A stretch of 64,000 nt of DNA from Alphaproteobacteria bacterium (GCA_017409215.1 JAFQTD010000007.1:6850-70849), one strand, 5' to 3'; positions 46,557 through 56,374 are shown, counted from the stretch's first letter. Made by a program: numbers and translations. The notes: generated by a model from the sequence alone, not told the origin.

Positions 46557-47144
46557 CTATTTAGCAGTTGGCTTTTTCGGCGGGGCAAATTGATATGCCT
46601 GCTTACAATGTTCATAACAATATGGCTTTCCGACGAATACCGTCTCGCCACAGAAATGAAAATGCTCGGAATCTGGATCACCGATTGGCCATCTGCACTG
46701 ATTCGGTTTCAGGCTGGCCATTTCCAACGAATGTTGAATTATTCTTTGGTGTGCGGCCAGATTTTTTTCAGACACCTTGCTAATCACCTCTGGCTGTGTT
46801 TTTTTGACATCTGCTGCCTGTTTTTGTTCAGATTTCTTGGCGGTTTTCTTTTCTTCTTTTTTTACTTCTGTTTTCTTGACAACTGTTTTTTCACTTTTTT
46901 TATCGACTGTTTTCTTAGTATTTTCAACAGGTTTGTCTGCCTTAGTTTTTTTTGCAGTCTTTTTTACTTCGGCCTCTGCCACTGCAACACCGCCAGCCTT
47001 GGCATTCCACCCCAAACGATTTAACTTACCCACAACTGCATTTTTTGACATACCCAAACGGCGCCCAATTTCAGACGTAGACAACCCTTTGCCAATCAAG
47101 GATTTCAATTTTTTTAACGCGGTACTATCCCAACCTTTACTCAT
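46557..47144 (-). CDS. gcrA: cell-cycle transcriptional regulator GcrA
   Basis: N-terminus W..S..ALKKLKSLIGKGLSTSEIGRRLGMSKNAVVGKLNRLGW. C-terminus QCRWPIGDP...FHFCGE....GKPYCYEHC. Confidence 0.9.
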   Translation of the reverse strand: MSKGWDSTALKKLKSLIGKGLSTSEIGRRLGMSKNAVVGKLNRLGWNAKAGGVAVAEAEVKKTAKKTKADKPVENTKKTVDKKSEKTVVKKTEVKKEEKKTAKKSEQKQAADVKKTQPEVISKVSEKNLAAHQRIIQHSLEMASLKPNQCRWPIGDPDSEHFHFCGETVFVGKPYCYEHCKQAYQFAPPKKPTAK

Positions 47145-47217
47145 TTTACAAAACCTCTAACATACATTATAATATTAGTGTATCATATTTCCGATTCGAA
47201 AGGCAAGGGGGAAAAAC

Positions 47218-47688
47218 ATGATTTTTTACATATTTTACATTATTTTAATATTTTTAGCGATATTTTTGGCAACCAAGATAAGCATCGCAGATATGCGCCA
47301 CAGAATTATACCTGACATATACCTGTTTCCGCTTATGTTAATCGGCTTATGTTTTACAACTTTTTTTCCATATCCGATAACGACATCTGATGGGGTTATT
47401 GGCGCTGTATTCGGATATATCACAACCACATTAATCGGTTTTATTTTTCAACAATTTGTTCACAAGCACAAGACATACGCACATCCTGCAATTGGGATGG
47501 GTGACATAAAATTAATCAGCGTTGGTGGAATATGGCTGGGGATATACGGATTATCGATTGCGCTGATTATATCGTGTGTTTGTGGTGCAATCTGGGCGCA
47601 TTTTAATCACGCAAGATACATACCATTTGCACCCTTCTTTATATTCGGGGGATTTTTATCTTTCATTGGATTGTTTTTTTTGCTATAA
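47218..47688 (+). CDS. A24-family prepilin peptidase (CpaA-like)
   Basis: Multi-TM protein. First Asp context ISIADMRHRIIPD, second Asp in GMGDIKLISVGG. Confidence 0.8.
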   Translation: MIFYIFYIILIFLAIFLATKISIADMRHRIIPDIYLFPLMLIGLCFTTFFPYPITTSDGVIGAVFGYITTTLIGFIFQQFVHKHKTYAHPAIGMGDIKLISVGGIWLGIYGLSIALIISCVCGAIWAHFNHARYIPFAPFFIFGGFLSFIGLFFLL

Positions 47689-47689
47689 T
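47681..47689 (+). promoter_or_regulatory. extended -10 element (TGcTATAAT) at the 3' end of the peptidase gene
   Basis: tgctataat overlaps the peptidase stop codon, about 45 nt upstream of the TTG start at 47735. Confidence 0.35.
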
Positions 47690-47734
47690 ATCACCAAGAT
47701 AGGACAGGGTACACTTCACCAAAGACAAAAAAAA

Positions 47735-48688
47735 TTGAATAAAATCAAACTATTTTTAAAAACAAATCCAGTTAGTGCAAAATGCATATTTCTTGCACTG
47801 TTTTGCGTACTGTTGTCTGGGGTGGGTGCAAACGCCTTGATGTCCCAGGATGGTATTATTCAAAACGTACAAACATATTCATCTAATCCATTTTGGCAAA
47901 ACGGTTCTAATTCATACCGCCAACAAATGCCCAGTGTGGTTTACGCCACTGGTACTGCTGTAAAAAATTCTGACTGTCAGACATTGGTGATGGGTCTTGT
48001 ATCCAGTTATTGCATGTATAACAATAATTGTGCATCTATGCGCCTGACTGACATCAGGCCTGCGATAATGCTGCAACTATCAAAAATACCTGGTGGCAAC
48101 TATGCGACCGCGTGTGCTGGTTATCTGGACACCGCATTTGATAATTATCAAAAAAACAACAAACCGGCCCCTGCGATTGGTGGCGCATCTTTCCCGACGC
48201 CAACGACTGTTAATCCAACCGCAACCACGCCCACAGTATTTTCAGAAAATCCATATCAACAAAAAACACCGGATTGGCAATCCGAAATGATGGAACGAAA
48301 GCTGGAACTGCAGCAATTACAGGCGGCCAATGGTACGACCACACCACAGGTTCGGGCGACGTCATTTCCAGTGTCTGCATCTGATATACCATACGAAGAC
48401 CGTATTGCAAACGCAAAACAGGGCTATGACCCCTATGCAGGCAAATCTGCCTTTGTCCAACTAAAAATAGAGGACGAAGAAGATTACCTGGCGCGCAAAA
48501 ACAAGAAAGCAGAAGAACATGATTCTCAAAATTTTGAAGAATTTTGCAAGAAATACCCGAACCATTCAAACTGTAAAAAAGATGATCCAGACGGCAAAGA
48601 CGACAAAGACGACAATGATGAAAACGATGAAAATAATAATGAGCTACCCGTGCACGACGGCGAAATACCCGTAGATATAACCAAATAA
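47735..48688 (+). CDS. hypothetical secreted protein (about 317 aa) with acidic C-terminal tail
   Basis: The in-frame TTG at 47735 gives (M)NKIKLFLKTNPVSAKCIFLALFCVLLSGVGANA. The ORF-track GTG start at 47576 would overlap the peptidase by 113 nt. Confidence 0.55.
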   Translation: MNKIKLFLKTNPVSAKCIFLALFCVLLSGVGANALMSQDGIIQNVQTYSSNPFWQNGSNSYRQQMPSVVYATGTAVKNSDCQTLVMGLVSSYCMYNNNCASMRLTDIRPAIMLQLSKIPGGNYATACAGYLDTAFDNYQKNNKPAPAIGGASFPTPTTVNPTATTPTVFSENPYQQKTPDWQSEMMERKLELQQLQAANGTTTPQVRATSFPVSASDIPYEDRIANAKQGYDPYAGKSAFVQLKIEDEEDYLARKNKKAEEHDSQNFEEFCKKYPNHSNCKKDDPDGKDDKDDNDENDENNNELPVHDGEIPVDITK

Positions 48689-48703
48689 AAATCAGGCGTG
48701 ACT

Positions 48704-49504
48704 ATGAAACAAATATTTCTATTATTTTTGTTAACACTGTATTCTGCGTATGCTTATGGCAACGGCAACAACGGTTTTCATCAATGTATGGAAACCATGT
48801 CAAAAAAAATAAATATTAAAGATATAACAAATTACAAAGAACCAACCCCAAAAGACAAACGAAACATTTTAGACGGAATTGCAGAATATCTAAAAAATGA
48901 CAAAGAATGCCTTCAAGAATTTATTCCACACATTGACCAGACTGCTAAACTTTGGCAAAAACACAACAAAAAAGAATACGCGTATATTTATAATATCAAA
49001 GACGCCCTGGCACTAATATTTTTCGATAACATCGCTTTTTGGGTATTTTCAAAAGATCAAGGCACCCGATATTATCCAGGTGATACCGTCACTCTTAATA
49101 ATCTTAAAAAATACGATGAACCTTGGTGGCCCGACATGTGTTCTGATTGGGGCGTTAATTTCTGGTCAAACGTAGATGACGATGCCGAAATGTCAATTGA
49201 TATAGGTGTAAAAGTATTTGGCGGCCTAGACCCAGATTACAAAAATGATGAATTTATTATAGACGTCGTAGGTAAACACAAATTTTTCCCAGGAATGATT
49301 TATCGCGATATAACCGCCAATACTAACGACGATCCTGTTTATATAAAACAATTTTCTGTTGCGTTAAAATACTACAAAGAATTAACACAGGCAATGTCAA
49401 CCAGCACATACTGCAAAGATCAAGACGTATATCTGATCTTGCCATCAGGCGATTCCGAAGAAACAGACGAAATTACCATACTGTATGGACCATATAAAAA
49501 TTAA
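48704..49504 (+). CDS. hypothetical secreted protein (about 266 aa)
   Basis: Signal peptide MKQIFLLFLLTLYSAYA. AGG lies 7 nt before ATG 48704. Confidence 0.6.
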   Translation: MKQIFLLFLLTLYSAYAYGNGNNGFHQCMETMSKKINIKDITNYKEPTPKDKRNILDGIAEYLKNDKECLQEFIPHIDQTAKLWQKHNKKEYAYIYNIKDALALIFFDNIAFWVFSKDQGTRYYPGDTVTLNNLKKYDEPWWPDMCSDWGVNFWSNVDDDAEMSIDIGVKVFGGLDPDYKNDEFIIDVVGKHKFFPGMIYRDITANTNDDPVYIKQFSVALKYYKELTQAMSTSTYCKDQDVYLILPSGDSEETDEITILYGPYKN

Positions 49505-49505
49505 C

Positions 49506-51344
49506 ATGACGCATTTTATACTGTCTTTTTTAATAACAACGGTTCTATTATGCCCATTGCCCACAAACGCATCAACCCCAAACGACTGCACAACGCGTAT
49601 ATTTTCAAATGCACTGACCGAAAACATCGATAACATTGACCCAAACGCCCCTGAAATTGATATTCGTCAATGGGTACTTGGTGCATTTTCATCAAAAACG
49701 ACCCTTGGATCTATTTTAGAATGCCCAGAAATAACATCTATATCCGATACGGACACAATAAAATTCACACCCATTCAACACACTTTTTCAAACGGCCGCA
49801 AAATTGTTATAAATTATGAAACGCAACCAAAATTATTAAAACAGCGCCTTAAATTATTAACCAAGCGCCCGTTACCATCTGATGAAGTCAGTCCAAGAAT
49901 CGGCCCAGACTCAGATTCACTGTGGACCAATACAGACCCTGCCTGGTATGGAATTATGGTTGTCGAACATGGCGCATTGGATGAATTTGTTGGCCCTGAT
50001 AAAAACAATACAATTTCACTTAAATATATCGAAGAAAACATCGACAGTTTATACCCCAGTGGCATTGGTTGCACAAACAAAAGTGCACTGGCAAACGATA
50101 TTGCCGCCATCAATCGCGCTACAACCAATGCAATTGGTATCAAAGAACAAACAGGCGAAAACGATACAAACGATTATTACGTCGCAGGTGACGTCAATCT
50201 GCAATGGCTTTCTTATTTTGAAATCGCACTTGATGTCGTAATAACTATTGTCACATGGGGCGGTTCCGCTATTGCAAGCGGTGCATTAAAAGCAACGCGG
50301 GCAGGGCGTTCGCTTAATAACCTAAAAAAGTCAATAAAAATACTTTCAAAAACAGAAGACGTACAAAAATATCTAAACGCAGTGAAAGCACAAAAAAAAG
50401 CACAAAAACAAATCAAATCACTTAAAAATGCCACAAAAGAAATAGACGAACTGGAAAAAATAAAAAATAAATTAAGCAAACTGGACCAGACCAAAGACGC
50501 AAAACAATACGAAAAACTGACCAAACAGGCAGACGAACTGACCGAAAGTATCACCAAGCGCGGGCATGGAACAGATCTTGACGACATAAACAAACAAATA
50601 AAAGAAAACCAAGAAAATCTAAAAACAATTAATAAAGAAGTCAATGGGTTAAAAAGTAAAAAAGATGTCGCAAAATATCGCAAATCTGTCCAGGCTTCAT
50701 CTGACCTAAAAAAACTAATCGTTGATTTACGCAGATTACGCAAACCACAACGTGGCAACATAATTGCCCGTGCTGCAAAAACAACCAAGGCCTTATATCG
50801 TGCACGTCGTGCTGCCTTTTCGGGCAACAATGTCCTTCGTCGCGCGAACAAATTGGGACGTCGCAGTACTTTTTCCGGACAAATGCGTGATTGGCTGTTT
50901 GATTCGTCACTAAAAAGTGTTGGTGTCTTAACCAGCGCGTCTGCCAAAGGCGCCGCCCTGTACGGTGCAATAAAATTTGTCGGCGATATGTATGACTATA
51001 CCACCGATAATACCGACCAATACACCAATGGCATAAAATTCAAACCATTATTGTTATTATCTGCTGACGATATTGCCGGTCAAGAAAACGTTGTAAATTA
51101 TGGTATGTGGATATTGTTTGCAGGCAGTTCAACAGATTCAAACGACGACGATGCGGCATATCTGCAGGCAATGGATTTTGCATCAAAATTCTACGAAGAT
51201 TTATACGAAATACAGAACGAAAAAAACAGCCCCTGCAATGTTGATATATTTGTTGTACGCCCAATAATACGCAATCTGGACACAGAAAATGCCGAACTTT
51301 TTTATTTAATAATGAATGACGAACCTTGGACAACAAACCAATAA
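49506..51344 (+). CDS. hypothetical secreted/membrane protein (about 612 aa) with Lys-rich coiled-coil middle
   Basis: MTHFILSFLITTVLLCPLPTNA. Hydrophobic VVITIVTWGGSAIASGAL. KKAQKQIKSLKNATKEIDELEKIKNKLSKL. ATG lies 1 nt after the previous stop. Confidence 0.65.
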   Translation: MTHFILSFLITTVLLCPLPTNASTPNDCTTRIFSNALTENIDNIDPNAPEIDIRQWVLGAFSSKTTLGSILECPEITSISDTDTIKFTPIQHTFSNGRKIVINYETQPKLLKQRLKLLTKRPLPSDEVSPRIGPDSDSLWTNTDPAWYGIMVVEHGALDEFVGPDKNNTISLKYIEENIDSLYPSGIGCTNKSALANDIAAINRATTNAIGIKEQTGENDTNDYYVAGDVNLQWLSYFEIALDVVITIVTWGGSAIASGALKATRAGRSLNNLKKSIKILSKTEDVQKYLNAVKAQKKAQKQIKSLKNATKEIDELEKIKNKLSKLDQTKDAKQYEKLTKQADELTESITKRGHGTDLDDINKQIKENQENLKTINKEVNGLKSKKDVAKYRKSVQASSDLKKLIVDLRRLRKPQRGNIIARAAKTTKALYRARRAAFSGNNVLRRANKLGRRSTFSGQMRDWLFDSSLKSVGVLTSASAKGAALYGAIKFVGDMYDYTTDNTDQYTNGIKFKPLLLLSADDIAGQENVVNYGMWILFAGSSTDSNDDDAAYLQAMDFASKFYEDLYEIQNEKNSPCNVDIFVVRPIIRNLDTENAELFYLIMNDEPWTTNQ

Positions 51345-51426
51345 AACCATCAGTAATTTAATCTTATTGTTTTTTTTGAATAAATAATTCATAATAAGAA
51401 TATACAACACCCAAGGAAGGAAAAAT

Positions 51427-51744
51427 ATGAAAAAGATAATAACCGCATTAATGATTGTTTCCTGCACCATATTTTCTGCACATGCATATCAAATTTTATC
51501 ATCCAAACAAATTGGGCAAGACGATGCAAAAAATCAAAACATTGTTGTAAAATGCACCACAGATACGGGAAAGATTTCAAACCAGACATGCACCCTGCGT
51601 CGCTATGCAAAGTGCACTGGCACCGGTTCGAATAAGCGCTGCAGTGGTTGGCAACCATGGCGCGATTTACGTCAACCTGCAAAACAATATTCCGACTGGA
51701 AAACCGCGGCATCCGCGTGCTGTCGCGCCAAGGGTCTGCGATAA
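51427..51744 (+). CDS. small secreted Cys-rich protein (105 aa)
   Basis: Signal peptide MKKIITALMIVSCTIFSAHA. AAGGAAGGA SD. Seven Cys in the mature part. Confidence 0.6.
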   Translation: MKKIITALMIVSCTIFSAHAYQILSSKQIGQDDAKNQNIVVKCTTDTGKISNQTCTLRRYAKCTGTGSNKRCSGWQPWRDLRQPAKQYSDWKTAASACCRAKGLR

Positions 51745-51785
51745 GCAATAAAAACAATCCCCATCGCAAGATGGGGATTAAATTA

Positions 51786-51862
51786 TGGTGGATGTGATTG
51801 GACTCGAACCAACGACCTCTTCGATGTGAACGAAGCGCTCTAACCAACTGAGCTACACATCC
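51786..51862 (-). tRNA. tRNA-Val (anticodon CAC)
   Basis: Reverse complement ggatgtgtagctcagttggttagagcgcttcgttCACatcgaag...ggttcgagtcc...cacatccacca. Confidence 0.95.
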
Positions 51863-51900
51863 GAAAATTCCAACAAAAAACGCCATATTCTGGCGAATTG

Positions 51901-51987
51901 TGGTGGGGATAGTGGGACTTGAACCCACACGGTCGCAATGACCAAAGGATTTTAAGTCCTCAGCGTCTACCATTCCGCCATATCCCC
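51901..51987 (-). tRNA. tRNA-Leu (anticodon TAA), long variable arm
   Basis: Reverse complement ggggatatggcggaatggtagacgctgaggactTAAaatcctt...gggttcaagtccc...tatccccacca. Confidence 0.93.
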
Positions 51988-52012
51988 GAAGACTTATACA
52001 CAACTAAAAAAT

Positions 52013-52088
52013 TGGTGGAGCTGATGGGACTCAAACCCACGACCTCTACGATGCGAACGTAGCGCTCTATCAACTGAGCTACAACCCC
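52013..52088 (-). tRNA. tRNA-Ala (anticodon CGC)
   Basis: Reverse complement ggggttgtagctcag...ctacgttCGCatcgtag...gggtttgagtccc...cagctccacca. G3:U70 identity pair present. Confidence 0.95.
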
Positions 52089-52118
52089 AAAACTGCACCA
52101 TCCAAAACTGACGAAGCA

Positions 52119-52205
52119 TGGTGCGGATAAGAAGACTCGAACTTCCAAGGTATTGCTACCACTAGTACCTGAAACTAGCGCGTCTACCAATTCCGCCATA
52201 TCCGC
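52119..52205 (-). tRNA. tRNA-Leu (anticodon CAG), long variable arm
   Basis: Reverse complement gcggatatggcggaattggtagacgcgctagtttCAGgtactag...ggaagttcgagtcttc...tatccgcacca. Confidence 0.93.
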
Positions 52206-52292
52206 AGTGCCCATTATGTTATAACAATTTTGCAATCTTTGCAACAAGAAAAATAAAAATTTATTTTCCCATCGTATTTTTTGATTATTCAC

Positions 52293-52322
52293 TTGCACGA
52301 TTTTTCAAAAATTTGCTAAGAT
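52293..52322 (+). promoter_or_regulatory. sigma-70-like promoter of the 952-aa gene, sharing a block with 36688-36721
   Basis: TTGCAC (52293-98), N18, TAAGAT (52317-22). ATG 52333 lies only 10 nt after the -10 hexamer. Confidence 0.4.
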
Positions 52323-52332
52323 TCCACCAGAG

Positions 52333-55191
52333 ATGAAGAAATTTCTTGTTTTTATTAGCACTATTGTATGCTGCATTGGTATAGCCAACGCGGCTGTTCG
52401 TGATGGGACCGCCATTTCCAGAACACAAAACGACAAGAAACAAACTCAAATACGCACCGCAACAACACCGCGACGCACAACCGCAGCACGTCCCCAGCGC
52501 GTATTATCTTCACGCAGTGCCATGACACCATCGACCCGCAACAATACAACCGATACAGCACGAAATGCATCATCAGCACGTGTTGCGCGCGCCACATCAA
52601 ATCGTGTAATTTCACGTGCCGCGTCACAAACGGGTGGCGCAATATCAGAAACCCGCACAGGCGCAGAATACGAACAGTGCAAGAACACATATTTTTCCTG
52701 TATGGACCAATTTTGCACACTCAAAAACGATGCGTATCGTCGTTGTTCTTGCAACGACAGGGTATTTGAATTGGATGCGGCCCGCAAAACCCTTGAATCT
52801 GCGGGCGAACAACTTACCGCATTCAAAGAAAACCTGCAGGTTGTTGGTATGACTGCCGAGCAGGCAACCGCCATACGCACTTCGTCAGAGGGTGAAGATG
52901 CGCTAACCGCGGACAAATCCGCATCCAAGGCACTGTTGCAAGCAATTATGAATTCAATACGTGGCGAAGACACAAATGTTGCTGGAAAATATTCACCATT
53001 AAACAGCATAAATCTTTCGTTTGACACATCGGGCAATTTTGATTCACTAACATCTGGTCAGGCGATTGCCGCATACAACGGTTTGGCATTATATAATGCT
53101 GTCTATCCACAGTGTCGCAATGCTGTTCGTGCAGACTGCAACGACGCATCATTACAACGCGCAATTACCGCATATCTTATGGCAATTGAACAGGACTGCA
53201 ACACTGTGCAATCTGCGATTGAAAACACAAAACAGCAGGTAAAGTCCGCAATTCGCGAAGGTGACGCCATGCTGGACCTTGCGCGTGTTGAAAATCGACA
53301 AAAACATAACTCTTCTGACGTTCCGACATGCATAAACGAAGTCGAATCCGCAATCCTTAGCGAGGAGGTTTGTGGAAAGAACTATCACAAATGTCTGGAT
53401 AACGGGGAATACATCGACATTAAAACTGGCGCACCAATTGCGGGAATCAAAGACTTTTTCAAACTTGAACAATTATTATATTTCACCCCAGGGGTTGAGG
53501 CTGTACATCAAAAACTGGCACAAAACCCCAGCAATCGCACATTTGTAGAAAGATTTGTAAATCGCACAAAAAAATTTGCAGAACCCGCACTGGACAAATG
53601 TGTTGAACAGGCTGACCTTGTCTGGTCTGAATATCTCGACAGGGCAATGCTGGCGATTTATTACGCCCAAAAAGAAAAAGTTTCCGAAATTAAACAAAAC
53701 TGTTTTTCTTATATATCAGATTGCTATATGAACAATGATTCTGCGATTGCGGGGGCAACTGACGCGTTATCCAGCGACAAAAAAGTCGTACTTACCCCAG
53801 ACAAAATTGCATTAAATTCGCAAATGTGTTCTGATTATATTGAATCATGCAACAATATGTTTGATAACAACATAATAAACGAATATATTGCCACACGTGA
53901 CAAATCTGACACACTTACTGCATGTCGCGCGGTTGTGAAACAGTGTTTTGACAAATTTGGTGGTCCAAATTACGAAAATTTCGTCAATCCAAACAGTGGT
54001 CTGTTTGAACATGGTCGCGCGATTGACTGGTTCACATTGTACCATCACTATTACGATACTGGTGAAAGCACGCTCAAAAAAGCAGAAGGCTATGTATCCC
54101 AATGCGCACAACAATTAACAAAAATCGATACATGCAATACCCCTGAAATCATCGAAAAGGCATTTGGCGGAATGGACTCTTTCATAACCATAGGCTTCAG
54201 AGATAATGATATCTATACAGCAGGGGACCCAAACACAAATTATGACCAATGTTCTGATGAAATAGGCACCACGAATACAGATTTTGGCGATTATTACGAA
54301 TGCATAAACGCCTTGCCCTCATATAATTATGGCCTATTAAACCCCAACAAAGGAACAACCATATTTAGTCGCGACCGCCGTCCAACAGGTGTTGCAACCG
54401 AAGTATACAATCAGATAATATCTCTGCTGGACACACAATGCACCAGCAAACAGGGCAAATTTTTGCAAAAACAATCAGCTGACTTTTATGAAGCAATCCC
54501 ATATAAAATGGATGTCTGTGCATATACCAGAACACGCACAGGAACAACATCTACACACTATGTACAATGGCTTGAAAACATTTGTCCCGCAAAATACCAA
54601 GAATCTGTTGATACTGCATCATGGGGTATGTGTTCATGCTGGCACAATGGCGGACGTCGCAGTCGCTGGGGGACAACTGAAACATGCCTGCCGATATTAC
54701 CTGTGGTATACGCAACATACGACCCAGAAAAAATCCTACCTTCTATTCGACCACCAGTACAGAATACTGATTCTAGTGACTTATTTGCCCGTGATAACAA
54801 TCAAAACCATATACCAAATTATGACATCAAAATCAACGATGCGCCATGTTCAACAATTCTATTTGCCCCCAACCCAAATGGCACCTTTTCAATCGATACC
54901 ACCTACGACAGCATTGCAACACGCACAAGTGATACGATACTGACGGTACCCAACAGTGCAAGAACCATACCAGAGGTTGCTGTTTTATACGGTGGATGGG
55001 GCCAGGGAAAATTAACCGAATATTGGTGCACCCAGGATCAGATTTCAATACATGGCCAGGTATGCTCTTACACTGGTTTAAATTCAGACGGAGAGTGCAA
55101 TCCGGTACCAGGATATGAAAATGACCAAAATACTAATGAAATCATAGAGACCGCCACAATAACACCATCCGGCGTTTCATCAAACAAATAA
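52333..55191 (+). CDS. hypothetical secreted Cys-rich protein (952 aa) with Arg/Thr/Ser-rich N-terminal low-complexity region
   Basis: Signal peptide MKKFLVFISTIVCCIGIANA. TRTATTPRRTTAARPQR.... Many Cys pairs (YEQCKNTYFSCMDQFCTLKNDAYRRCSC). Confidence 0.7.
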   Translation: MKKFLVFISTIVCCIGIANAAVRDGTAISRTQNDKKQTQIRTATTPRRTTAARPQRVLSSRSAMTPSTRNNTTDTARNASSARVARATSNRVISRAASQTGGAISETRTGAEYEQCKNTYFSCMDQFCTLKNDAYRRCSCNDRVFELDAARKTLESAGEQLTAFKENLQVVGMTAEQATAIRTSSEGEDALTADKSASKALLQAIMNSIRGEDTNVAGKYSPLNSINLSFDTSGNFDSLTSGQAIAAYNGLALYNAVYPQCRNAVRADCNDASLQRAITAYLMAIEQDCNTVQSAIENTKQQVKSAIREGDAMLDLARVENRQKHNSSDVPTCINEVESAILSEEVCGKNYHKCLDNGEYIDIKTGAPIAGIKDFFKLEQLLYFTPGVEAVHQKLAQNPSNRTFVERFVNRTKKFAEPALDKCVEQADLVWSEYLDRAMLAIYYAQKEKVSEIKQNCFSYISDCYMNNDSAIAGATDALSSDKKVVLTPDKIALNSQMCSDYIESCNNMFDNNIINEYIATRDKSDTLTACRAVVKQCFDKFGGPNYENFVNPNSGLFEHGRAIDWFTLYHHYYDTGESTLKKAEGYVSQCAQQLTKIDTCNTPEIIEKAFGGMDSFITIGFRDNDIYTAGDPNTNYDQCSDEIGTTNTDFGDYYECINALPSYNYGLLNPNKGTTIFSRDRRPTGVATEVYNQIISLLDTQCTSKQGKFLQKQSADFYEAIPYKMDVCAYTRTRTGTTSTHYVQWLENICPAKYQESVDTASWGMCSCWHNGGRRSRWGTTETCLPILPVVYATYDPEKILPSIRPPVQNTDSSDLFARDNNQNHIPNYDIKINDAPCSTILFAPNPNGTFSIDTTYDSIATRTSDTILTVPNSARTIPEVAVLYGGWGQGKLTEYWCTQDQISIHGQVCSYTGLNSDGECNPVPGYENDQNTNEIIETATITPSGVSSNK

Positions 55192-55223
55192 ACCACATCG
55201 CAACAAAGCGAGTAAAATAAAAA

Positions 55224-55242
55224 ACGGCAAATGCCGTTTTTT
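55224..55242. terminator. bidirectional terminator hairpin
   Basis: A-run, then acggca-aa-tgccgt, then T-run, between convergent 52333-55191 and lpxB. Confidence 0.7.
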
Positions 55243-56374
55243 ATTTTCTGATTCCATCTGCTATCAAATCGGTTGCCGCCCCCTGGGGCCGTCGCCATAA
55301 ATCATCGGCAGACTTTAATTCCATTATCATCTTTTCACGAACAGATGGTATTGCCAACTGCTGAACCGCATTAACAATATTTTCGGCCCTTGCATCTGCC
55401 CCCAATAATTCTGGGAATACTGATTTATTTAATAAAATATTAATCAATGAAACCCACTTTACATTAATTATTCTGCGCCCAATCCACATTGTAATCGGAT
55501 TCATTTTATAAACCACAATTGTCGGAATGTGCAACATTGCTAATTCTGCCGAAACAGTACCACTTGCAACAATCGCAAGATACGACTTTGCATAAACGTC
55601 ATATCTGTCCCTTGCTGATACCAAATCCGGTTTTACACGCCACTTTGAAACCTGTGCCATCACATAATCTTTGGTCGTTTCAACCACAGGTATAACAAAT
55701 TTATATCCCATATATCCATTGCGATACAGCATATCAACAACTTCACGCATCAGTGGCAACAAACGTTTTACCTCTGACATTCTGCTGCCTGGGACCAAAG
55801 TTATAATTTTTTCAGATTTTTTTTCAGATTTTTTATACTTTCCAATTAATCCATCTGCAATTGGATGCCCAACCGCAACAGTATTCAAACCATATTTAGT
55901 GAAATAGGGCACTTCAAAATCAAAAAAGGCATACAATTTATCAAATATTTGCGCATATTTTTTTGCACGTCCCGAACGCCATGCCCAGACCTGAGGTGCA
56001 ACAACATGCTGAAAGCGCAACCCATTTTCAATTAATTTTTTTCCATCTGGATGTTTTCGCACTTGCTTGATAACACTTTTTGCAAATCCAGGCGCATCAA
56101 TTGACAAGACCACATCCGGCCTTTCTTTTAAAATTGCATTTACAGTCTGTTTTATTCTGCGTGTCAAAGTTTTTGCATGCCCTAAAACCTCAACAATTCC
56201 CATAACAGACAAATCCGACATCGGAAACAACGATTGCAAACCAACCGCCTGCATATTTTCACCACCGATTCCAACAAAGTCTGCATTTTTTATCTTGGAC
56301 ATAATGCGCCCACCCAGCACATCGCCCGAAACTTCGCCAGCAATAACAAAGACCTTCAGCTTTTTATTCTGCAT
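55241..56374 (-). CDS. lpxB: lipid-A-disaccharide synthase
   Basis: KVFVIAGEVSGDVLGG N-terminus, GSRMSEV, and SGTVSAELAMLHIPTIVVYK. The longest ORF starts at 56395. Confidence 0.9.
   Translation of the reverse strand: MQNKKLKVFVIAGEVSGDVLGGRIMSKIKNADFVGIGGENMQAVGLQSLFPMSDLSVMGIVEVLGHAKTLTRRIKQTVNAILKERPDVVLSIDAPGFAKSVIKQVRKHPDGKKLIENGLRFQHVVAPQVWAWRSGRAKKYAQIFDKLYAFFDFEVPYFTKYGLNTVAVGHPIADGLIGKYKKSEKKSEKIITLVPGSRMSEVKRLLPLMREVVDMLYRNGYMGYKFVIPVVETTKDYVMAQVSKWRVKPDLVSARDRYDVYAKSYLAIVASGTVSAELAMLHIPTIVVYKMNPITMWIGRRIINVKWVSLINILLNKSVFPELLGADARAENIVNAVQQLAIPSVREKMIMELKSADDLWRRPQGAATDLIADGIRK

Noticed and set aside
47576-47734. GTG start at 47576 for the 370-aa ORF
   Set aside because: It would overlap the prepilin peptidase gene by 113 nt in another frame. 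It would also place about 55 non-signal residues ahead of an obvious signal peptide. The in-frame TTG at 47735 is preferred, although no SD supports it.
50213-50947. 244-aa minus-strand ORF
   Set aside because: It is antisense to the Lys-rich coiled-coil part of 49506-51344. Its Phe/Leu/Ser-rich translation is the complement of AAA/GAA-rich coding sequence.
20913-52205. Whole 31-kb interval between tRNA-Gly and the four-tRNA cluster as one genomic island
   Set aside because: It contains core genes (rnpB, tolQRA, ruvB, rplM, rpsI, tig, gcrA), and no integrase or transposase is present. The accessory genes are interleaved with the core genes rather than forming one block.
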